This document shows, one piece after another, positions 27,245 through 36,675 of a stretch of 64,000 nucleotides of DNA. The notes under the pieces were generated by a model that made no database searches, was not told the origin of the DNA, and worked only from the letters and a program-made list of their open reading frames with translations. How positions within the stretch are numbered: the first letter of the stretch is position 1; every line of letters starts with the position of its first letter. The position numbers were made by a program, and so were the translations under genes. This DNA is from an uncultured Fibrobacteria bacterium (lineage in GTDB: Bacteria; Fibrobacterota; Fibrobacteria; UBA11236), in contig OY970309.1 of the NCBI GenBank assembly GCA_963716395.1, positions 2,688,001 to 2,752,000 of the forward strand, written 5' to 3'.

Positions 27245-28504
27245 TTGCCCGGCCGGCCGCCGCAAATCTACGCTCGGGCCCTGCTATCTTATGGCCTCGT
27301 GGACGCGGGTAAGCTGAAGAGTTCGTGCATTTGCGGCAATGTCCTGCCGTATCTGCAATGTTGCGGCCAGTACGCGCAGCCGCCCGAGGCCGAAGGGGAA
27401 TCCCCCGACGGATGGAAGCGCTTCCGCCACGCCCTGCACGAGTTGTACATGTACCTGTTTCCCCTGCGCAACCTGTACCAGGCCTATTGGGAAAGGCTCA
27501 GCCACGAAGATTATCCGCATCATCTGCTCATGGCCGATCCCGAATACGCGCGCGCCGTGGTGGCCAATTTTTTCTGGGACTATTCGGTGCAGTTTTCCGA
27601 CGCGCGTCCCATACTCCGCGCTGCGCGCGACATCGAAGGCAAGGATTTACGCAGCGCCAACGACTTTCGCCAATGGGGCCTGGCGCCGGCCTGGCCGTAT
27701 CTGGTGGTGGAGTCCGGGGCGCAAAACGGCTATGTGCGCATGCTCGGGTCGGAAAAGCTTCAGCGGGTGGTGCATGGCGGCGAATTGTCCGCGCCCGGAA
27801 GCTATATCGTGGCCCGCATTCTGCCGTTTCGCGGCGAGGAATATCTGCATCCGGCGCTGCTGGTTTTTCCCGGCGAAGTTTCCGAACCCGCCCGCATGGA
27901 GGCGAAGTTGCGCGAACTCTGCCTCGCGTTGGGCGTGAAGTCGGGAGCGGGATTGCGGCCCGACGTGCAATGCGAAGAATGGCGGCAGCATGGCGCGCGC
28001 TTTCTCTCCTGGTGGCGGGGCTGCGTATACGACGTTGTGGTGGGAACACCGGCGCGCACCGTGAGCGTGTCGCCGGCCTTCTCGCTGCCGGGCGGCGACC
28101 TCGAATCCACGGCGCAGCGGCTGGAAGGCGCCGGGGTGGCGGTTCTGGGCAAAGGCCGTTTCGAGTTGCGTTACCGCGCCTTGGCGGTGGCGCGTTTGGA
28201 AATGCGCGAGAAAAATTTGCAAATCGTCTTGCTCGACCCCGCCTTTCGCGCCTATGTGCTGCGCTGGCTGGCCGACCACCTGGGTGCCTCCGAAGAGCCG
28301 CAGGAGGTTCGCTTGGAAGGCGAGGCCGATTCGCCCTCGACCCTGGACGCCTGGATGCATACGGCGCATTCCGAATTGAACGGCCAGACCCCGATTCAGG
28401 CCAGCATGCATGAGTTCGGCCGGCGGAAACTGCAATATCTGCTGCGCGATTTGGGGCAACGGGGGCGGGATGTTTCGGCCCTGCGCCGCCAATTGGGTTT
28501 GTGA
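27245..28504 (+). CDS. SEC-C motif protein with C-terminal Xre/MbcA/ParS-like domain
   Basis: CICGNVLPYLQCCG at N-terminus; WMHTAHSELNGQTP near C-terminus; start uncertain. Confidence 0.65.
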   Translation: MPGRPPQIYARALLSYGLVDAGKLKSSCICGNVLPYLQCCGQYAQPPEAEGESPDGWKRFRHALHELYMYLFPLRNLYQAYWERLSHEDYPHHLLMADPEYARAVVANFFWDYSVQFSDARPILRAARDIEGKDLRSANDFRQWGLAPAWPYLVVESGAQNGYVRMLGSEKLQRVVHGGELSAPGSYIVARILPFRGEEYLHPALLVFPGEVSEPARMEAKLRELCLALGVKSGAGLRPDVQCEEWRQHGARFLSWWRGCVYDVVVGTPARTVSVSPAFSLPGGDLESTAQRLEGAGVAVLGKGRFELRYRALAVARLEMREKNLQIVLLDPAFRAYVLRWLADHLGASEEPQEVRLEGEADSPSTLDAWMHTAHSELNGQTPIQASMHEFGRRKLQYLLRDLGQRGRDVSALRRQLGL

Positions 28505-30300
28505 TCGTGATCGCATTATTGTTCTTAGTGGCGGCCTCGGCGTGGGGCGCCGTCGATTCCAGCGCGCGCCTAGCGGCGCCCTTCGATTCGGTGCGGCGCT
28601 ACCTGACGCGGCCCAATGGTTTTCACGCCCAGGATTTCGACCTGCTCCTCAATTTCGGCCATCACGAGGTGCATCCGTTGCCGGCGGTGGAGCGCCTCTT
28701 GCGCGAACCCGCCTTTGTCGACACCTGTGTGCCACGCCTGCGCCACGATCTCGCCGACACCGACGCCACGGGCCGGCTGTCCGCCGATTCGCTGTGGCCC
28801 TGGCTGGGCGTCGCCGTTCCGCCCCCGGCGCCCGCAAGTCTGGCGGCCCGTCTGCACGGCGTTTCCGCCCATCTCGGCGCCTACCTGCAACCTCTGTCGG
28901 CGCGTGACCGGAGTTTTCTTGTGCGCGAGGGGCCGCCGCTGTTTCTGCACCATGAAGACGATACCAGCCTCAACGCCATTCAAGCCGAATCGCTGAGCCT
29001 GCGCGAAGACGCCATGGTGCGCCAGGTGATGCGTTTGGCGGGAAAATTGCCGGCCGCGCAATTGGCCGTCGCCGCCGCGGATTTGGAAAGCGCCGGCGCC
29101 GCCATTCTCGCCGAAACGCGGGCGCAAGGCTGGCGCAAAACCGCCGCGGACTTGCGGGCCTTGCGCCGCCAGGGAATTCCCGTCGACATCGGCGGCGAAG
29201 GCGATGATGTGCATCATGTCAGCCGCGGCATTATTTTCGATCCCGGCGGCAACGATCGCTACGAGTTTCCCAAAACCCCGCAACCGGGGGGTTGGTCGCT
29301 CATCATCGATCTGGCCGGCGACGACGAATACCATGCCGTCGACACCGCGGGCGGAGCGGCCGGATTTCTCTCGGTGCAGGTGGTGGTTGACCTGGGCGGC
29401 GACGACCGCTATCTCGGCCAGGATTTCGCCTTCGGCTCCGCGGTGATGGGGTACAGCCATTGGTTCGACGCCGGCGGCAACGATTTGTACCAGGCCCGCT
29501 GCGCGTCGCTGGGGTTCGCCTTCGAAGGCATCGGCGTGCTGGAAAACCGCGCGGGCAACGACGTGTATTCCTCGTATTACCTGTCGCAGGGTGCGGCCAT
29601 GACCGGCGGCTTGGGTGTTTTGCTCGATCGCGAAGGCAACGATCAATACCTGTCGCGCCCCGCCTTTGTCGACGACTTACGTTATCAAGATCACTTTTTG
29701 AGCCTGAGCCAGGGCTTCGCCACCGGCTTCGCGCCCGACTATCCCGGCGGCATCGGCGTGTTGTGGGATCGCAGCGGCGAAGATCTCTATGCCGCCGACA
29801 TTTTCGCCCAGGGCTCGGGATATTGGTTTTCGCTCGGCCTGCTCATGGACGACGCCGGGAATGATCAGTATCTGGCGCATCAATACGCCCAGGGCGCGGG
29901 CGTGCATTTCGCCGTGGGCGTGCTGTGGGATCGCGCCGGCGACGACACCCGGGTCAGCAAGGGAGTCAGTCAGGGCTGCGGGCATGACGGCGGTTTCGGC
30001 CTGTTGGTCGACGAGCGCGGCAACGACCGCACTTTCGGGGTCGACATGAGCTTGGGCGGCGGCAGCGCCGACGGTCTCGGCATCTACTGCGACTTCGGCG
30101 GCGAGGATCAATACGGCGCGGAAAATACCGCCATGACCTTGGGACACGGCGATATGCGCCGCGATCGGGGCAGTATGGGGTTCTTTCTCGACCTGGGCGG
30201 CAACGATCGCTATCCGCCGGGATTCGGCAACGACACGGCTTGGCACACCTACGACGGGATCCATCAAGGCTATGGATATGGGCGCGATGCGGGGCCTTGA
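28501..30300 (+). CDS. Exported protein with tandem DxxGxDxY repeats
   Basis: Signal peptide; about 12 repeats (DPGGNDRY, DLAGDDEY, DLGGDDRY...) interleaved with QGxG/xGxGxL. Confidence 0.8.
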   Translation: MIVIALLFLVAASAWGAVDSSARLAAPFDSVRRYLTRPNGFHAQDFDLLLNFGHHEVHPLPAVERLLREPAFVDTCVPRLRHDLADTDATGRLSADSLWPWLGVAVPPPAPASLAARLHGVSAHLGAYLQPLSARDRSFLVREGPPLFLHHEDDTSLNAIQAESLSLREDAMVRQVMRLAGKLPAAQLAVAAADLESAGAAILAETRAQGWRKTAADLRALRRQGIPVDIGGEGDDVHHVSRGIIFDPGGNDRYEFPKTPQPGGWSLIIDLAGDDEYHAVDTAGGAAGFLSVQVVVDLGGDDRYLGQDFAFGSAVMGYSHWFDAGGNDLYQARCASLGFAFEGIGVLENRAGNDVYSSYYLSQGAAMTGGLGVLLDREGNDQYLSRPAFVDDLRYQDHFLSLSQGFATGFAPDYPGGIGVLWDRSGEDLYAADIFAQGSGYWFSLGLLMDDAGNDQYLAHQYAQGAGVHFAVGVLWDRAGDDTRVSKGVSQGCGHDGGFGLLVDERGNDRTFGVDMSLGGGSADGLGIYCDFGGEDQYGAENTAMTLGHGDMRRDRGSMGFFLDLGGNDRYPPGFGNDTAWHTYDGIHQGYGYGRDAGP

Positions 30301-31168
30301 AGGGTGTTTGGCCGCCTTGGCCTTGTGGGTAGGGGCTTCCGCCGCCGCGGCTCCGGTCGATTCCGGCTATTGGACGCCGCCGGTGTTTTCGCATCTCGAC
30401 AGCTTGTTCATCACGGCCGCCACGGGTGAGCCGCGCTTTGCGCCCCAGCGCGAGGCCGACGAAAAAGCTTTGCTGGCCCTGGATACGGTCACCTTGCGGT
30501 ATCTCCTCGATCATCGCCTGATCGATCAGACGCCGCGGCAGCACCATTATGTCGAGCATTTGTTTATCGCGCTCAGCGATTCCGGCCGGCGGCGCGCGCC
30601 GGGTCGTATGCTGGCCGCGGCCCTGCCCGGCGAACCCGACTCCATCCGCGCGCAATTGCTGTATATCGGATCGGAACTGGGCGATACCGCCTTTCGCCGT
30701 GCCGCCCTTCCCTGGCTGATGGCCGATTCGGAAAACGTGCGGCGCATGGCCGTGCGCTGCTTGGGCGCCTACCCCCAGTCCGGCAACCTTCCGCTTTTGT
30801 GGAACGGGCTTTCGCAGACTCGCGGCCTGGAATTGCAGGAACGCCTGTGGGCCCTGGAGGCGCAAGGCCCGTTACGGGACTGGAAAAAACTGCTCCCGCT
30901 TTTGCACGACGGGTATTTCTTCAACCGCCAGAAGGTGCGCGACCTGTTGCTCAAAGCCACGGACAGTTCGTGGGCCGCGCTGGCTCCGGCCGTGCCCGAT
31001 TCGCTCGACGACGCGCAGCGGCGCGAGTGGTGCCTGCTGGCGCTCGACGCTAAGGGCGGCGAAGCGTTTTGGCGCCGGGAATTGCCGCGGCTGCCGGTGG
31101 ACGAGCGCCCCTTGCCGGGGCAGTTCCGGCGGCCCGTCGGTAACCTCGAAGCCACCCCGGCGCGGTGA
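30287..31168 (+). CDS. Exported HEAT-repeat-like protein
   Basis: Signal peptide; DSENVRRMAVRCLG, LLPLLHDGYFFNRQKV; start may be 30272, 30278 or 30287. Confidence 0.65.
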   Translation: MRGLEGCLAALALWVGASAAAAPVDSGYWTPPVFSHLDSLFITAATGEPRFAPQREADEKALLALDTVTLRYLLDHRLIDQTPRQHHYVEHLFIALSDSGRRRAPGRMLAAALPGEPDSIRAQLLYIGSELGDTAFRRAALPWLMADSENVRRMAVRCLGAYPQSGNLPLLWNGLSQTRGLELQERLWALEAQGPLRDWKKLLPLLHDGYFFNRQKVRDLLLKATDSSWAALAPAVPDSLDDAQRREWCLLALDAKGGEAFWRRELPRLPVDERPLPGQFRRPVGNLEATPAR

Positions 31169-31205
31169 GCGGGCCGCATGCTAAAATGGACTTTGGAGGT
31201 ATCCC

Positions 31206-32465
31206 GTGATCGCCGTTCCCGAATCCCGCGTCAACCCGTTTGCCGCCGTGAACCAGCGCGTCCTGCGCGCCGCCGAAGTGCTGGGCGTGAGCACGAATTA
31301 CCAGAAGCTGCTCACCACCTGCTGGCGCGAAGTCAAGGTGGCGCTGCCCATTCTCGACGATCGCGGCGAGCTGCGCGTGTTCGAAGGCTATCGCGTGCAC
31401 CACAACGGCGTGCGCGGGCCGTATAAGGGCGGCATCCGTTACCATCCCGAAGTCGACCTCGACGAGATCAAGGCGCTGGCCAGCCTGATGACCTGGAAAT
31501 GCGCGCTGGTCGACATTCCCTTCGGCGGCGCCAAAGGTGGCGTGGCCGTCGATCCCAAAACTCTGTCGGAGCGCGAACTGCAGGCCCTGACGCGGCGTTT
31601 TACGCACAGCTTGAAAAACGTGATCGGCCCCTACCACGACATTCCCGCGCCCGACATGGGCACCAATCCCAAGGTGATGGGGTGGATGCTCGACGCCTAC
31701 GGCCTGTTGCATGGGTATTCGCCGGCCGCGGTTACGGGCAAGCCCGTCAATCTCGGCGGCATTCCCGAGCGCAACGACGCTACGGGATTGGGCGTGGCCA
31801 TGATCACGCGCGGCATTCTGGCCGAGCATGGCGAGGCCCTGGCGGGGCAATCCGTGGCCGTGCAGGGATTCGGCAATGTCGGTTCATTCGCCGCCCTGCA
31901 TTTGCAGCGCATGGGCGCGCAGGTGAAAGCCGTCTCCGACGTGTCGGGCGTGCTGGTGCGCGATACCGGAATCGACGTGGAAGGACTGATGTCCAAACTC
32001 GCGGCCGGGGGTACACTGGCGACTTCGGGCCTGGGCGACTTCACCGCGGCCGGAGGCCTGGATCTTTTCGGGCTCGACGTCGGCGTGTTGGTGCCCGCGG
32101 CTTTGGGCCAGGCGCTGCATGCCGGCAACATGCGCGCGGTGCGGGCGCGTTATATCGTCGAAGGCGCCAACGCGCCGCTCACGCCTGAAGCGGACGCGCA
32201 TCTGCACGCGCAGGGCGTGGTCATCGTGCCCGACATTCTCGCCAATGCCGGCGGCGTGATCGGGTCGTACTTCGAGTGGGCCCAGAACATCCAGGTGCAT
32301 CCCTGGAAAGACACCGAAACCAGGGTTGAACTCGAACGCTTCCTCACCGCGGCCCTGCAAGCGGTGGTGGCCGCGGCCCGCCGCTATGGAATCTCCTACC
32401 GCGACGCCGCCTTTTCGGTAGGCGTCGAGCGCGTGTACCAGGCCGCGCTGGCGCGCGGGCATTGA
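31206..32465 (+). CDS. Glu/Leu/Phe/Val dehydrogenase (glutamate dehydrogenase)
   Basis: GPYKGGIRYHP, MTWKCA, GGAKGG, PAPDMGT, QGFGNVG, EGAN, ANAGGV. Confidence 0.93.
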   Translation: MIAVPESRVNPFAAVNQRVLRAAEVLGVSTNYQKLLTTCWREVKVALPILDDRGELRVFEGYRVHHNGVRGPYKGGIRYHPEVDLDEIKALASLMTWKCALVDIPFGGAKGGVAVDPKTLSERELQALTRRFTHSLKNVIGPYHDIPAPDMGTNPKVMGWMLDAYGLLHGYSPAAVTGKPVNLGGIPERNDATGLGVAMITRGILAEHGEALAGQSVAVQGFGNVGSFAALHLQRMGAQVKAVSDVSGVLVRDTGIDVEGLMSKLAAGGTLATSGLGDFTAAGGLDLFGLDVGVLVPAALGQALHAGNMRAVRARYIVEGANAPLTPEADAHLHAQGVVIVPDILANAGGVIGSYFEWAQNIQVHPWKDTETRVELERFLTAALQAVVAAARRYGISYRDAAFSVGVERVYQAALARGH

Positions 32466-32487
32466 ACCGTATCCTTGCAGTGACGGG

Positions 32488-33078
32488 TTACAGCAGGTAG
32501 AACAGCGAGAGCGAAGCGGTGATCAGTTCGGATTGATGGTAGCCGGGCGGATGCCCGGTGAAGTAGTGTCCCAAGGTCAAATTGGCGTCGAACCCCCAGG
32601 GACCGGCCGGGGCTGGCATCCAGTATTTGCCCAAAGCCATCCGCACTTGCGGGCGCAATCCGGTGCGCGGTTCGGACTCTCCGAACAGCACCTGTTCGAA
32701 GGAGAGAAATTCGTAGCTGGGAAAGGCCCCGATTCCCACGTCGACGTATTCGGAATTGCGGGTCGATAGGTGGTCTTCGGAGGCCAGCCACAGCTTGCGT
32801 ATATGGGCGTCGAACTCGGGAATGGCGTCATAGGCGACGTTGCCGTTCCAATACCAACTGCGGATTTCGAATCCCGCCTGCCACGAGCGCCGGAACTCGC
32901 GATACAGAGCGAGTTGCGGGCAAAGATACCAGGTCAGTCCCGCCGAAGCCAAGGTTTGGGGATGAAACTGGAAGTCGGGCGGCGGGGCGTCGAGATAACC
33001 GCCGGCCGAAGCACCCAGCGCGACGGCCGCCAGCCACGCGGCGGCCCGCCGCAGCGCCGAACTCAGGAAATTTTCCAG
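32488..33078 (-). CDS. Hypothetical exported/outer-membrane protein (start uncertain)
   Basis: The 32488-32952 frame stays open upstream and encodes a signal-peptide-like LSSALRRAAAWLAAVALGASA; beta-strand pattern, ends SLSLFYLL. Confidence 0.55.
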   Translation of the reverse strand: MENFLSSALRRAAAWLAAVALGASAGGYLDAPPPDFQFHPQTLASAGLTWYLCPQLALYREFRRSWQAGFEIRSWYWNGNVAYDAIPEFDAHIRKLWLASEDHLSTRNSEYVDVGIGAFPSYEFLSFEQVLFGESEPRTGLRPQVRMALGKYWMPAPAGPWGFDANLTLGHYFTGHPPGYHQSELITASLSLFYLL

Positions 33079-34289
33079 GGCGCGTACCCGTCGAGCGCGG
33101 GCACGCCATGCGCTTTCATGGCCGCCAGCAGTTCGCAGTTCATCTTCGCCGCCGCGCTCCAGCGATAGGCCAGCACGGTATACGCCTGCACGGCATCAGC
33201 GCCGGCCGCCAGCAGGTCGAATACCTTGGCGCCATGATCGATGCCGCCGCAGGCGAACAGGGCCAGGTGGGGCAATTGCCGGCGGATGAAGCGCACGGCC
33301 GGCAAGGTGTTCTGGTAGAGAATGCGGCCCGAGATGCCACCCAAGGCGCCGTCGGCCGCCAACGGTTTGAGCTCGTCCGTCGGCGTGGCCATGCGCAGAA
33401 ACTTGCTGCGGCTGCCGGGAAAGGTGTTGAACAGCACCAAACCCGACACACCCGCGTCGGCGACGGTTTGCAAAACCGCATCCAGCGACTTGGCGCTGAG
33501 ATCCGGAGACAGTTTGACGAGTACGGCTTTGCGCGGCACCAGATTGCGCCGCACCTCCATGACATGTGCGAGAATGCGGCCGAGCAGCCCGACGTCGGTG
33601 TCGAGGCGCGCGCTCCCGGTGTTGGGGCAGCTCAAATTGATTTCCACATAATCGGCGGCGCCGTATGCGTGGCGGAAAACGGTTTCGACCTCGGTGAGAA
33701 TTTGCTCTTCGTCCTCCACGCCCGGGGTGTCGGCCACGCTGATGCCCAGCGCAAGCTTGCGGCGGTGGCACGCGCCCAGGGCCCGGTCGACTTCGCGGGC
33801 GATGTGTTCGATGCCGGGATTGTTGAGACCCAGCGAATTCTGCATGGCCCGATCACGCGGCAAGAGCCGCAGCCGCGGCCGAAAGGGATTGCCCGCCCAA
33901 GGCTGCACGGTGGCCGAACCCACGGTGATGCCCCCGAAGCCGAGATCGGCGAAGGCCGGCAGATTCTCGGCGCTTTTGTTGCCGCCGGCGGCCAGGAAGA
34001 TTGGGTTGGCCGCTATCAGCGGCACGCTGCGATCGTGGAAGCGAATGGTTTTTTCCAACGCCGGCGATACGGCCGTATGCGGCGGCACCCGGGAACGCGC
34101 CCGGGCGTAACGCGCCAGCCAATGGTGGCGGGCCTCGGCGTTGGGTACCAGCCATTTGACCAGATCGAGGAAGCGATCCCCGACCGTGGTTTGGTAGTCG
34201 TGGGATTGGATGGAATCGGCTTCGGGGCGGGTGAATTCGGTCATCGATTCCGAAACCGAGGAAGCCGGGGTAAACGGGGCCACGGCCAT
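33063..34289 (-). CDS. pyrD: Dihydroorotate dehydrogenase-like flavoprotein
   Basis: NPIFLAAG, GNPFRPR, NSLGLNNPG, INLSCPN, VKLSPD, GGISG. Confidence 0.85.
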   Translation of the reverse strand: MAVAPFTPASSVSESMTEFTRPEADSIQSHDYQTTVGDRFLDLVKWLVPNAEARHHWLARYARARSRVPPHTAVSPALEKTIRFHDRSVPLIAANPIFLAAGGNKSAENLPAFADLGFGGITVGSATVQPWAGNPFRPRLRLLPRDRAMQNSLGLNNPGIEHIAREVDRALGACHRRKLALGISVADTPGVEDEEQILTEVETVFRHAYGAADYVEINLSCPNTGSARLDTDVGLLGRILAHVMEVRRNLVPRKAVLVKLSPDLSAKSLDAVLQTVADAGVSGLVLFNTFPGSRSKFLRMATPTDELKPLAADGALGGISGRILYQNTLPAVRFIRRQLPHLALFACGGIDHGAKVFDLLAAGADAVQAYTVLAYRWSAAAKMNCELLAAMKAHGVPALDGYAPWKIS

Positions 34290-34360
34290 AAGTTAACAAA
34301 CCCCCAGGTAACCAACGCGGAACCCCCTCGCGGCGGGAGGGCGCTGGTTTTACCCGTTCT

Positions 34361-36625
34361 TCACGCCTCTTTGTCCCCTTCGCCTTCCATAAGATTCAAG
34401 GCGCTGCCGGCTTTGAACCATTCGATTTGTTCGGCATTGAAGGTGTGGCTGACCGCGAAGGTTTCCACGGAGCCGTCGGCATGGCGCAACGCGACGGTGA
34501 GGTTTTTGCCGGGCGCAAAGGCCGCGAGGCCGGTGATGTCGACCACGTCGTCTTCGCGCACCTTGTCGTAGTCGGCGGGATCGGTGAAACGCAGCGGCAA
34601 GAGTCCCTGCTTTTTGAGATTGGTTTCGTGGATGCGCGCCAAGCTTTTGGCGATCACGGCCTTGCATCCCAGCCAGCGCGGCGACATGGCCGCGTGCTCG
34701 CGGCTCGACCCTTCGCCGTAATTCTCTTCGCCGAACGCCACCCAGCCGATGCCCCGGGCTTTGTAATCGCGGGCGATGGCCGCGAAGGGTTGATCCGCGG
34801 CGCCGCTGGCGGCGTTTTTGCCGGTGCCGATGGCGCCGCCAAAGGCGTTGGTGGCGCCCAGAAACATGTTGTCGGATATTTTGTCGAGGTGGCCGCGGAA
34901 GGTCAGCCATTTCCCGGCGGGTGAAATGTGATCGGTGGTGCACTTTCCTTGCGCTTTGACGAGCACGCGGCACCCGGTGAAGTCCCGACCGTCCCAGGCG
35001 GCGAAGGGTTGCAGCAATTGCAGGCGCGGGCTGTGCGGGTCGACCCGCACTTCGACGCCGGCGCCGTCTGCGGCGGGCGGGACAAAGCCGGAGTCGTTGA
35101 AGGCGAAGCCTAGGGGCGGCAGGGCGGCGCCCTCGGGCGGAGTCAATTTGTACGCGGCGCCGTCGGCTCCGGCCAAGGTGTCGGTGAGCGGGTTGAACTT
35201 GAGCGTGCCGGCCAGCGCCAGGGCTGTGACCAGTTCGGGCGAGGCGATGAAGGCCAGGGTTTCGGCGTTGCCGTCGTTGCGGCCGCGAAAGTTGCGGTTG
35301 AACGAAGTGAGAATGGAGTTGCGGGTTCCGGCGGTCGCATCGGTGCGATGCCATTGCCCGATGCAGGGGCCGCAGGCGTTGGCCATCACCGTGGCGCCCA
35401 GCGCGTCCAGCGCGGCCAGGTAACCGTCGCGCTTCGCCGTGTCGAACACCTGTTCCGATCCCGGGCTGACGAAGAAGGGCGTGCGCGCCCGCGCGCCGTG
35501 ATCCAAGGCCTGGCGGGCCACCGATGCCGCGCGGCCCACGTCTTCGTAGGAAGAGTTGGTGCACGAGCCGATGAGGGCGGCCGACAGTTCGGCCGGATAG
35601 CCTTCGCGCTCGATTTCCTCTTTAAAGTGGGAGATGGGGCGCGCCTTGTCGGGCGAGTGCGGGCCGACCACATAAGGCTCCAGGGCGTCGAGATCGATGT
35701 CGATCACCTCGTCGAAATACTTGGCCGGTTCTTTTTCGATTTCGGGGTCGGGGCGCAGAAACGCGGCGTAGCGGTCGGCGAGATCGGCGGTATCGGCGCG
35801 GCGCGTGGCGCGCAGATACGCGCCCATGCCCGCGTGGTAGGGGAACAGCGAACAGGTGGCCCCCAATTCGGCGCCCATGTTGGCGATGGTGGCCTGGGCC
35901 GTGCACGACAGGCTTTCGACGCCGGGCCCGAAGTACTCGATGATTTTATTGGTGCCGCCTTTGACGGTCAGGATTTCCAGCAGTTTCAGGATGATGTCTT
36001 TGCCCGCGGTCCAGCCGCCGAGTTGGCCGGTGAGCCGCACCCCGGCGACCTTGGGATACAGCACTTCCCACGGCATGCCCACCATCACGTCGACGGCGTC
36101 GGAACCGCCCACGCCGATGGCCGCCATGCCCAGTCCGCCGGCATTGGGCGTATGCGAATCGGTGCCGATCATCAGGCCGCCGGGAAAGGCGTAATTCTCC
36201 AGCACCACCTGGTGGATGATGCCCGATCCGGGCTTCCAGAAGCCCATGCCGTATTTGCGCGCCGCCGAACTCAGGAAAGCGAAGACCTCTTGGTTGGCGT
36301 GGCCCGCGGTTTCCAGATCGCGCGCCGCGCCGTCTTGCGCGAGGATGAGGTGATCGCAATGCACGGTGGTGGGCACGGCTACATGCGCCTTGCCGGCCTG
36401 CATGAATTGCAGAATGGCCATTTGTGCGGTGGCGTCTTGCATGGCCACGCGGTCGGGATGGAGTAGGGCAAAGGATTTGCCGCGTTCCAGGCGCCCCTGG
36501 CGCGGGTCGTGTAGATGCGACCAGAGAATTTTCTCGGCCAGGGTCAGCGGGCGCCCCAAAACGCGGCGGGCATAGGCGTGTTTTTCCGCCAATCCCGGAT
36601 AGAAGGTTGCGACATCGATGCCCAT
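34361..36625 (-). CDS. Aconitate hydratase, mitochondrial-like subfamily
   Basis: [56 protein letters not shown]. Confidence 0.95.
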   Translation of the reverse strand: MGIDVATFYPGLAEKHAYARRVLGRPLTLAEKILWSHLHDPRQGRLERGKSFALLHPDRVAMQDATAQMAILQFMQAGKAHVAVPTTVHCDHLILAQDGAARDLETAGHANQEVFAFLSSAARKYGMGFWKPGSGIIHQVVLENYAFPGGLMIGTDSHTPNAGGLGMAAIGVGGSDAVDVMVGMPWEVLYPKVAGVRLTGQLGGWTAGKDIILKLLEILTVKGGTNKIIEYFGPGVESLSCTAQATIANMGAELGATCSLFPYHAGMGAYLRATRRADTADLADRYAAFLRPDPEIEKEPAKYFDEVIDIDLDALEPYVVGPHSPDKARPISHFKEEIEREGYPAELSAALIGSCTNSSYEDVGRAASVARQALDHGARARTPFFVSPGSEQVFDTAKRDGYLAALDALGATVMANACGPCIGQWHRTDATAGTRNSILTSFNRNFRGRNDGNAETLAFIASPELVTALALAGTLKFNPLTDTLAGADGAAYKLTPPEGAALPPLGFAFNDSGFVPPAADGAGVEVRVDPHSPRLQLLQPFAAWDGRDFTGCRVLVKAQGKCTTDHISPAGKWLTFRGHLDKISDNMFLGATNAFGGAIGTGKNAASGAADQPFAAIARDYKARGIGWVAFGEENYGEGSSREHAAMSPRWLGCKAVIAKSLARIHETNLKKQGLLPLRFTDPADYDKVREDDVVDITGLAAFAPGKNLTVALRHADGSVETFAVSHTFNAEQIEWFKAGSALNLMEGEGDKEA

Positions 36626-36675
36626 GGTGTCCGCCTCTCGTAGGCTCCAAGCCTAGCTTTTTGCCCGCGCTCCCA

